Assembly (NCBI GenBank): GCA_049578465.1
Contig: JBAUMB010000055.1
Coordinates: forward strand, 18,085 to 82,084
Source of the DNA: Anaerolineales bacterium
GTDB lineage: Bacteria; Chloroflexota; Anaerolineae; Anaerolineales; Villigracilaceae
Reading direction: 5' to 3'
Length of the DNA: 64,000 nucleotides
The translations under genes and the position numbers were made by a program. This document shows positions 18,431 through 26,254 of the stretch, one piece after another (within the stretch, counting starts at the first letter, position 1; each line of letters starts with the position of its first letter). The notes beneath the pieces are model-generated. The model saw only the letters and a program-made list of their open reading frames with translations. It ran no database searches and was not told where the DNA came from.

Positions 18431-19561
18431 ATGAAAATCCTGTTGATCAATAGCGAATATCCTCCAATCGGCGGCGGCGCGGGCAATGCCAGCTCAAATA
18501 TTGCGCGGGTGCTTGCTCAACGAGGTCATAATGTTTTGGTTCTGACTTCACGTTGGAATGATTTGCCTTTTGAAGAGACGCGCGCTGGAGTAAAAATTAT
18601 TCGTTTGTCCACACTGCGCCGCAAGATGGATCGCTCCAACGCGCTCGAACAAATTTCATTTATCTTCGGCGCTTCTTTCCGGACCTTTGGCTTGGTCCGT
18701 CAATTCAAGCCGGATGTTACTTTGGCTTTTTTCGGCTTGCCTTCAGGCGCAGTCGGTTTGCTTTTGAAGTGGCTTTATCGGATCCCCTATGTTATTTCTT
18801 TGCGCGGCGGAGATGTGCCCGGCTTTCGTCCTTATGATTTTCGCATTTACCATAAATTGTCCGCGCCGTTTTTACATCTAATTTGGAAAAACGCCTTTTC
18901 GATTATTGCCAATAGTCAGGGCTTACGGGACCTTGCACTGGCTTTTGATGCGCGTTATGAGATTTCGGTTATTCCCAACGGCGTGGATGTGAATCAATTT
19001 GAAATATCCCGCCGCGATTGGTCATCGCCGCGTATCCTATCCGTTGGACGCGTGGTCTATCAAAAAGGATTTGATCTCGCAATGCGTGCCTTGTCCCGGT
19101 TGAAAGATTCAGAATGGACATGGACGATTGCCGGTGATGGCCCGCAAACCGAAACGTTAAAGGCAATGTCGGAAGAGTATGGTATAAACGAACGCATCCG
19201 CTTTATGGGTTGGCTTTCAACAGAACAACTCAAGGAGCAGTATGCCGCGGCGACGCTGTTTTTATTTCCATCAAGAGATGAGGGCATGCCGAATGCAATC
19301 TTGGAAGCGATGGCAAGCGGATTGCCGGTTGTCGCAACGAAAATCGCAGGCAATGAAGAATTGGTCCTGGATGGCGAAACGGGAAAACTTGTCCCGACGG
19401 AGGATGTGGAGTCGCTTCGAGAATCGCTGGGACCATTCCTGGGCGATGCGAAGATGCGGGAACAAATGGGGAATGCCGCGCATCAAAGAGTCGAATCGTC
19501 ATTTAGTTGGAATCGAGTTACGGAACATTATGAGTTAATCTTAGAAAAGGCGGTGAAATAA
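18431..19561 (+). CDS. glycosyltransferase family 4
   Basis: MKILLINSEYPPIGGGAG..., FLFPSRDEGMPNAILEAMASGLPVVAT (E-x7-E). Confidence 0.85.
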   Translation: MKILLINSEYPPIGGGAGNASSNIARVLAQRGHNVLVLTSRWNDLPFEETRAGVKIIRLSTLRRKMDRSNALEQISFIFGASFRTFGLVRQFKPDVTLAFFGLPSGAVGLLLKWLYRIPYVISLRGGDVPGFRPYDFRIYHKLSAPFLHLIWKNAFSIIANSQGLRDLALAFDARYEISVIPNGVDVNQFEISRRDWSSPRILSVGRVVYQKGFDLAMRALSRLKDSEWTWTIAGDGPQTETLKAMSEEYGINERIRFMGWLSTEQLKEQYAAATLFLFPSRDEGMPNAILEAMASGLPVVATKIAGNEELVLDGETGKLVPTEDVESLRESLGPFLGDAKMREQMGNAAHQRVESSFSWNRVTEHYELILEKAVK

Positions 19562-21447
19562 TGTGCGGTATTTGCGGATTATCTTATTCAAACAATCGCC
19601 TGGGTGATCGTGAAGTTTTAGAAAAAATGAATGCGGCGATTCGTCATCGCGGACCCGATAGCGATGGTTTTTATGTGGCGCAGGGCGTTGGGCTTGCGGT
19701 GCGGCGGCTTGCCATTATCGATGTGAAGGGCGGCGACCAGCCGATCGCAAACGAAGATGGATCGATCCAGATCGTCTTTAATGGCGAATGTTATAACTAT
19801 CCTGAGATGCGTGTGGAACTCGAACGCCGCGGCCATCGTTTTTCGACAAAGACGGATACGGAATGTATTGTCCATTTTTATGAAGATGAGGGCGATGATT
19901 GTGTAAAACGCTTGCGTGGCATGTTTGCCTTTGCATTATGGGACATGCGTAAACGCCGTTTATTGATCGCACGCGACCGCCTTGGCAAGAAACCCATCTA
20001 TTACACGATTCAAAATGGCGAGTTATATTTTTGCGCCGAGTTGAACGGCCTGCTCAAGGCCTTGCCGCATCGTCCCGAAATTGATCTTGAAGCAATTGAT
20101 TTATATTTGAGCTTACAATATGTTCCCGAACCGCGCACGGTTTATCAGGATATTTATAAACTCCCAGCCGCGCATACGTTGGTTTGGGAAAATGGACAGG
20201 CGAAGCTTAATCGTTATTGGGATTATTCGTATCAACCCAAATGGACCGGTAACGAAAACGATCTCGCAGAGGAATTGCGCCTCCGTTTGCGCGAGGCGGT
20301 CAAAATGCGCCTCATCAGCGAAGTGCCGCTCGGCGCGCATTTGAGCGGCGGACTCGATTCGAGCATCGTCGTGGCGCTCATGGCGGAGTTGAGCGACGCG
20401 CCGGTCAAAACATTCTCAGTCGGTTTTCAGGAAGAAGAATTTTCCGAACTGTCTTATGCGCGTGCGGTCGCGCAAAAATATTCCACTGACCATCACGAAT
20501 TCACGTTGACCTATGGCGATATTCCTGCAACGTTGGAAAAGATCATCTGTCATTTCGGCGAACCATTTGCAGATGCTTCGGCAATTCCGCTTTATCATCT
20601 TTCACTGCTGACGCGTCAATATGTGACGGTCGCATTGAACGGCGATGGCGGCGATGAGGATTTCGCGGGGTATCAGCGCTACTGGCTTGATCCATTTGCC
20701 AACAAGTATTTGCAGGCGCCTCCATTCTTGACGCGAAATTTAGTTCCGTCCATCGCGCATCATCTCCCCGATCATTCCACACGACCGACCGGTCAAAGCT
20801 TCGTCAACGGATTGAAACGTCTCGAACAACTTCCGCGCGTGGATCGCCGTGCCAGCATTTTGCGTTGGGGTTCGTACTTCGCTCCGTGGCAGAGACAACA
20901 GCTTTGGAAGGAAGAGCATTGGAAAAATTTCCGCGCCGATAACGCCGAATCTTTATTGGCCGAATCTTTTGATAAAGCTGACGGTTCTTTCCTCGACCGG
21001 ACGCTTTATACCGATTTGCATAATTATTTGCCCGGTGATTTGTTGGTCAAAGCGGATCGCATGACGATGGCTGCGTCGCTCGAAGGGCGTTCGCCGTTTC
21101 TCGATCAAGAAATCGTGGAGTGGTCCGCGCGTTTGCCGGATTCGCTCAAAGTTCGCGGCCGAAGCGGAAAATATTTATTGAAGAAAGCTTTCGCGAATGA
21201 TTTGCCGGAGAACGTTCGGTCGCACGGCAAACAGGGATTCGGGATCCCGTTGGCGGCTTGGTTCCGCGGTCCGCTTGCGGATTGGTCGCGCGAATTATTG
21301 CTCGGTGTTGAAAGCCCTTTGAGCGGTTTATTCAATCAACCTGCGTTACAGAATCTCATTAATGAGCATACACAAGCCCGCGCCGATCATGGCAAACGTC
21401 TTTATGCGCTTAGCATGCTGGCGTTGTGGATGAACAATATCAATTAA
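19561..21447 (+). CDS. asparagine synthase (glutamine-hydrolysing) family amidotransferase, AsnB/WbpS-like
   Basis: N-terminal MCGICG (Ntn Cys2), SGGLDSS PP-loop, 628 aa. Confidence 0.9.
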   Translation: MCGICGLSYSNNRLGDREVLEKMNAAIRHRGPDSDGFYVAQGVGLAVRRLAIIDVKGGDQPIANEDGSIQIVFNGECYNYPEMRVELERRGHRFSTKTDTECIVHFYEDEGDDCVKRLRGMFAFALWDMRKRRLLIARDRLGKKPIYYTIQNGELYFCAELNGLLKALPHRPEIDLEAIDLYLSLQYVPEPRTVYQDIYKLPAAHTLVWENGQAKLNRYWDYSYQPKWTGNENDLAEELRLRLREAVKMRLISEVPLGAHLSGGLDSSIVVALMAELSDAPVKTFSVGFQEEEFSELSYARAVAQKYSTDHHEFTLTYGDIPATLEKIICHFGEPFADASAIPLYHLSLLTRQYVTVALNGDGGDEDFAGYQRYWLDPFANKYLQAPPFLTRNLVPSIAHHLPDHSTRPTGQSFVNGLKRLEQLPRVDRRASILRWGSYFAPWQRQQLWKEEHWKNFRADNAESLLAESFDKADGSFLDRTLYTDLHNYLPGDLLVKADRMTMAASLEGRSPFLDQEIVEWSARLPDSLKVRGRSGKYLLKKAFANDLPENVRSHGKQGFGIPLAAWFRGPLADWSRELLLGVESPLSGLFNQPALQNLINEHTQARADHGKRLYALSMLALWMNNIN

Positions 21448-21462
21448 ATAGATCACACTTGG

Positions 21463-22569
21463 TTAAATTAATTTTGAAATTGTGCTGAGTGCGGTCTGAA
21501 CGGTCTTTTCCCAAGTAAAATTGTTCGCCTGTGCGAAACCTTTGAGCCGCAGGGAATCTCGCAGAGTGGAATCGCCCGCCATTTTTATCATTCCATCGGC
21601 TATGGATTGTTGGGAATAGGCATCTACAATCAGAGCTGCATCGCCGGTAATTTCCGGCAAGGAAGTTTGGTTGGAAGCCAGCACAGGTGAGCCGCACTGA
21701 AATGCTTCCAAGACCGGCAACCCTAAGCCTTCAAACAGCGAAGGATAAACTGTGAACTGCGCCAAGGAGTAGATTGACGCCATGTCAGCGAGCGGGACTT
21801 TGCCAAGCTGGTGAACGCGTGCAGCAATCGATCCCTTCAACCGGCTGATTACATCATCTGTATTCCAGGCGACGCTTCCGGTGAAATATAAATGATGCGG
21901 TATCCGATCCTGAATCATTTCGAATGCATCCAGCAGGCGATTAAAGTTTTTGCGTGGTGAAATATTGGTGGGGAAAAAGATGAAGGGCTCACTTAATTGA
22001 TAGCGCGTCCGCACTTCACTCAGGGTGTTTGCATCACTCACGGGTTGATAAACCTTTGATGCTGCGCCATAGATGTTCACCACCTTTTCTGGCTGAACGT
22101 TCAATAGCCGGATGACATCCTGTCGAGTATGCTCGGAAATGGTGAAGACCGCCGCTGCGTTGTGAGCGGAGAACGGCATCGCTCGTCGCATATATAAGGT
22201 ATCCAGTTTCTTGTACGGGTTGAGATTAGTGTAAAAATATCCCAAATCAAGCATAATGGGGATGGCGATACAGGAAAGCCGAACTGATATCGTTCCCTTG
22301 GGAAAAATAACAAGGGAGATTTGATCTCTCTTCACCTGTTGCGGAAGCAAGACATGATCCCAAAAGAAAGTATTTAGCCCAGGGATGACCCGTTCAATCG
22401 CTTGTTCGAATAGTCCCAGCGGTTCGGGACTGTTATAATAAACGTGTATCTCATAATCACGGGCTTGACGGATTAATTCGCGTGTGAAGCCTTCCGTATA
22501 TGAATTTGGACCGCTAAATACTTTGCCAAGTCCGCGAGCAGAAATTCCGATTTTTGGTTTTGTAGTCAT
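21463..22569 (-). CDS. glycosyltransferase family 4
   Basis: YPSLFEGLGLPVLEAFQCGSPVLASN (E-x7-E) in the C-terminal half. One of only three minus-strand genes in the island. Confidence 0.8.
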   Translation of the reverse strand: MTTKPKIGISARGLGKVFSGPNSYTEGFTRELIRQARDYEIHVYYNSPEPLGLFEQAIERVIPGLNTFFWDHVLLPQQVKRDQISLVIFPKGTISVRLSCIAIPIMLDLGYFYTNLNPYKKLDTLYMRRAMPFSAHNAAAVFTISEHTRQDVIRLLNVQPEKVVNIYGAASKVYQPVSDANTLSEVRTRYQLSEPFIFFPTNISPRKNFNRLLDAFEMIQDRIPHHLYFTGSVAWNTDDVISRLKGSIAARVHQLGKVPLADMASIYSLAQFTVYPSLFEGLGLPVLEAFQCGSPVLASNQTSLPEITGDAALIVDAYSQQSIADGMIKMAGDSTLRDSLRLKGFAQANNFTWEKTVQTALSTISKLI

Positions 22570-22598
22570 TGAGCAATTTTGAAGAGGAATATCATAAA

Positions 22599-23294
22599 AT
22601 GTCAGAAGACAAAGATGCTTATCCTTTCCTTCCCATGTTTTCGATGCAGATAAGCCGATATGCGTATCAAATCCCTTATTTTTATCAAAGATGGATTCGT
22701 CCTGAGAGAACCTTTATCTTTTGCGGCAAACCATATAAGTATTTTCTCCATCCGTATAATACCACATGGCGGAATGAACGTTGCGTTGAGCTGGCGATTG
22801 TGATGGAATATCTAAGAAATCAAAATCCTGCCGATATCCTAGAAGTGGGCAATGTTCTTTCTCATTACGTTCGTTCCGCGCATACTGTGATTGATCGATA
22901 TGAAAGAGGCAGAAGTGTTATTGCCCAAGATATTGTCGATTATCAAAGTAATCAATCTTATCAGCTCGTGATATGTATATCTACACTTGAGCATATCGGG
23001 TTTGATGAAAGACCGCAAAATCCTGGAAAATATAAGCAAGCGATCCAAGTCATGCGTTCCATGCTCACTCGAGGTGGAAAATTGATCGTAACTGTTCCGC
23101 TTGGCTATAATCCTGCCATCGATTCGGATTTAGAAGCGGGTATCTTGCCCTTTGACGAGATACATTTCCTAAAGCGCACTTCATATGAAACATGGCTGGA
23201 GACGCAGTGGAATGATGTTAAAGATGTGGCTTACGGGACTCCATTTAGGGCCGCCAACGCGATTGCAGTTTGTGTTGGCGGGCCGGTGTTGTAG
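22599..23294 (+). CDS. methyltransferase-fold protein with a degenerate SAM motif I
   Basis: ILEVGNVLSHY replaces GxGxG. LVICISTLEHIGFDE and GGKLIVTVP are Methyltransf_11-like. The ORF track starts at TTG 22569, but ATG 22599 preceded by GAAGAGGAA is the more plausible start. Confidence 0.5.
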   Translation: MSEDKDAYPFLPMFSMQISRYAYQIPYFYQRWIRPERTFIFCGKPYKYFLHPYNTTWRNERCVELAIVMEYLRNQNPADILEVGNVLSHYVRSAHTVIDRYERGRSVIAQDIVDYQSNQSYQLVICISTLEHIGFDERPQNPGKYKQAIQVMRSMLTRGGKLIVTVPLGYNPAIDSDLEAGILPFDEIHFLKRTSYETWLETQWNDVKDVAYGTPFRAANAIAVCVGGPVL

Positions 23295-23318
23295 TAGATT
23301 CTTGGTCAGCGAGGAAAA

Positions 23319-24020
23319 ATGCCGTTTTACGAAAACTTTACAATGAAGAATCCTACTTCATTCGGCACGAAGATGGCGGCTAAAGAGGCGGATAACGTCT
23401 TAAAGGCAATCATAAGCCACCGTTCAAAAGTCGATTCAGTATTGGAATTAGGACCGGGACGCGGACCCTTTATGCGGGCATGCAAGCTTCGAGGCTTGGA
23501 TTATACATGCGCTGATATTTCGTGGACCGCATTGCGTAATTTATCCGGCGTAGAAAAAAGAGTCCAAACGCTCGTGCCGCCTCTGCCTTTTGCTTCCCAA
23601 GCTTTTGATATCGCGTTTGCCTCCAATGTCCTGGAGCACATGTTAGATTTTCGCCACGCCCTTTTATTGATAGAAGAAATGAAACGAACTGTGCGCCCCG
23701 GCGGATTAATTTGCCATCGTGTGCCCAACGCAATGGCTTGGGGATTGCATTTCTGGAATGGAGATTATACACATAGCTTTTTTACAACCCCGCGCACTGT
23801 TTCTCAGGTATATCTCGATGCTGGGCTGAATATCTTGGCTATTTATCCGGTTTCCGGTTTTTTGGTTGGTGCGTTGGCGAGACCCGCATCGCTTTTTGGT
23901 TATCTTGTCCCATCTTGGTTATTCGATCACGGGGCAAATCGTTCATCGCTTTCGCAAATGCTATACAGCGCAAAAACAACTCTCTTTTTAGGCTTTCTTA
24001 TCATTGGCCAGAAAAAATAA
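23319..24020 (+). CDS. class I SAM-dependent methyltransferase with a hydrophobic C-terminal tail
   Basis: VLELGPGRGPF motif I, CADIS, FDIAFASNVLEHM, VRPGGLI; C-terminal hydrophobic segments. Confidence 0.75.
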   Translation: MPFYENFTMKNPTSFGTKMAAKEADNVLKAIISHRSKVDSVLELGPGRGPFMRACKLRGLDYTCADISWTALRNLSGVEKRVQTLVPPLPFASQAFDIAFASNVLEHMLDFRHALLLIEEMKRTVRPGGLICHRVPNAMAWGLHFWNGDYTHSFFTTPRTVSQVYLDAGLNILAIYPVSGFLVGALARPASLFGYLVPSWLFDHGANRSSLSQMLYSAKTTLFLGFLIIGQKK

Positions 24021-24243
24021 AGAATACAATTGCGATGGCTGGTCCGCCTTTCAGCCAAATTGAAGCTCATTCAAAGAATTTATAAATATTATTTCGGGTA
24101 TGCTAATGGCAAAGGCGGAGTTCTTCTTTTGGAAGCGATGAAGACAAGACGGTCTCGCTTAACGAGCTTCTCACTTTCCCATACAAATTGAGTTTTCTAC
24201 CACTGGTAAAATAACGAGATCAATAATAATCTTTGGAGTATCC

Positions 24244-25146
24244 ATGCAAGTGTATAATCTAAAATTGGATTTCATGGTGGTCGGAGCAGAAAGATGCGGA
24301 ACTACTTGGCTCGCGGATATGCTGCGTCAGCACCGGGATGTTTTTATCCCCGTGCAAAAAGAAATCCATTACTTCAATCGCAAGTTTGTGGATTTTCCCG
24401 ATATCGATAACTATAATTTCGATAAACCCATAGATTGGTATTGGCGGTTTTATGCTGAAGCAGCCGCGGGGCAAAAAAAGGGGGAGGTCTGTCCGTCTTA
24501 CCTCTGGGACATAGCGGCGCCTGAACGCATCCATGCATTCGACCCGGAAATAAAAATCATGGTCATGTTACGGAATCCTATTGAGCGGACTTTTTCAGCC
24601 TATCGATTTTGGATGCAGCGCGGAGTCGTGAGACCTATGCCGTTCCGGGAAGCTGTTAAGCGTTATTCGGATTTGCTTTTACAGCGAAGCATGTATTTTG
24701 ATCAACTAACGCGTTATTACAATTTTTTTCCCAAAGAACAAATCCGAGTGTGGTGTACAGATAGCTCCCCGGCGACTACGATGGTTTCATTTCTTAAGGA
24801 TGCGGAAGATTTTATTGGTGTACAGCAATTTGTGCCGGAAAATGCCTTATCGCGGTCTAATGTTACCAGTGTATCTCGCTTCTGGATTATCAGTTGGCTA
24901 ATGGCTCGATTTCGCCGTTTTCTCCGCCGCTATCGGGCATTCTCCTGGCCAGTCGATCTTTTGCGGAAGGTGAAGATTGCGGATCAGATGGAGTTCATGC
25001 GACGACGGAATATGACTGAGACCCTTCCTACGGAAATCTCGATGATGACAGAGCAGGATCGGATTTGGTTGACAAGTCTTTTGCAAAAAGATATTCAGAA
25101 TTTAGAAGCTTTACTAAAAATCGATCTAAGCGCTTGGAGGTCTTAA
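24244..25146 (+). CDS. sulfotransferase (PAPS-dependent)
   Basis: 5'-PSB-type loop VVGAERCGTTWLADML and 3'-PB-type LRNPIERTFSAYRF. Confidence 0.8.
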   Translation: MQVYNLKLDFMVVGAERCGTTWLADMLRQHRDVFIPVQKEIHYFNRKFVDFPDIDNYNFDKPIDWYWRFYAEAAAGQKKGEVCPSYLWDIAAPERIHAFDPEIKIMVMLRNPIERTFSAYRFWMQRGVVRPMPFREAVKRYSDLLLQRSMYFDQLTRYYNFFPKEQIRVWCTDSSPATTMVSFLKDAEDFIGVQQFVPENALSRSNVTSVSRFWIISWLMARFRRFLRRYRAFSWPVDLLRKVKIADQMEFMRRRNMTETLPTEISMMTEQDRIWLTSLLQKDIQNLEALLKIDLSAWRS

Positions 25147-25174
25147 AGGCTTTTTGTCCGGCTCATAAGTACAT

Positions 25175-26221
25175 ATGAAATTTCAAACTCTACGTCAGTT
25201 TTTCTCTTCCATGCATATCGGTGATAAATGGAAAGATGCTCTCAAGATTGCTCTAGCTTTGGCGCTCACAGGCTTCATCCTTTCAAAGACCAGTCTTCAT
25301 GACATCATCGCCCTTCGAGATATCATTTCCTGGCCGTGGCTCATTATCAGTCTGGTGGTATTTTTTGCAATGACTATTGTGAAAGCGGCGCAGTATTGGG
25401 CGCTATTCGATAGGCGATTTCCATATCCACAGGTATTAAGGGTCGTGACTTTGCAAAACGCCCTGACGAATCTTATTTCGAATGCGGCTGGGATTGCATC
25501 CTACCTGACCATGTTTCGCGTTGAACAAAAGGTCAAATTGAGATACTCTGGAACGATCTTCATCATCACAAAAGCCGGCGATCTGTTCTGCATGAGCTTC
25601 TTTCTCCTTCTTTCAACCTTGTGGGTGTGGACGCGAATTAATGTTTTGCGTGAACTCGTTATTCTTATCTTGATCGTGAGTTGTCTGGCACTACTTGCTT
25701 TTTGGACGGCTGTTTTTATGCGCCAGAAATTTATTCTTCAGTTGCAAAAAGTCATGCACTGGACGCGGCTCGACCGGGTTTCTATTTTAGAACGCGGCTT
25801 GAACATGCTTCAATCCGTGGCCGAACAGGAACAGCGAACGGTCATTCGCATGTTCCTGCTGGGTCTTCTGCTTTCGATGAGCTATATGTCTCTTACCATG
25901 GCATATAGTTACAGCAGGATTCAGACATTCCATATTCCGCTTGATTTATGGGCAATCATCTTCATTGCTTCATTGCTTCAATTTGTTTCTGTCATTCCCA
26001 TTCAGATTTTCGGAGGCCTTGGAGTTAACGAAGTTACCTTATTATATTTGTACGGCCTTTTTGGTATCGTTCAAGCGGATATTCCCGCAATTTTGGTGGC
26101 CTCGCGTGTATTGTTTTACTTGTTCAACCTTTCTCTTTTGCTTTATATTCCCATCGACACAATCACTGCCAGATTCAAACCCATCAAAAAAGAAGAAGTG
26201 GATAAGGTAAATGAAGCCTGA
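25175..26221 (+). CDS. UPF0104 / 'flippase-like' membrane protein (second copy)
   Basis: 348 aa, about 8 TMs, same overall layout as 14811..15734, again directly upstream of a GT-C-like paralogue. Confidence 0.65.
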   Translation: MKFQTLRQFFSSMHIGDKWKDALKIALALALTGFILSKTSLHDIIALRDIISWPWLIISLVVFFAMTIVKAAQYWALFDRRFPYPQVLRVVTLQNALTNLISNAAGIASYLTMFRVEQKVKLRYSGTIFIITKAGDLFCMSFFLLLSTLWVWTRINVLRELVILILIVSCLALLAFWTAVFMRQKFILQLQKVMHWTRLDRVSILERGLNMLQSVAEQEQRTVIRMFLLGLLLSMSYMSLTMAYSYSRIQTFHIPLDLWAIIFIASLLQFVSVIPIQIFGGLGVNEVTLLYLYGLFGIVQADIPAILVASRVLFYLFNLSLLLYIPIDTITARFKPIKKEEVDKVNEA

Positions 26222-26254
26222 TGACAATTTATTCATTGTCAAAAATTCTGCTAT

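Noticed and set aside
22569-22598. TTG 22569 as the start of the methyltransferase-fold gene
   Set aside because: It would overlap the divergent GT4 start codon by one base and has no RBS. ATG 22599, preceded by GAAGAGGAA, is preferred, though this is not proven.
26222-26241. Hairpin TGACAAT-N6-ATTGTCA after the UPF0104 gene as a terminator
   Set aside because: It is followed by an A-run rather than a T-run on the coding strand, and the next gene starts within 35 nt. It is more likely incidental or a translational-coupling structure.
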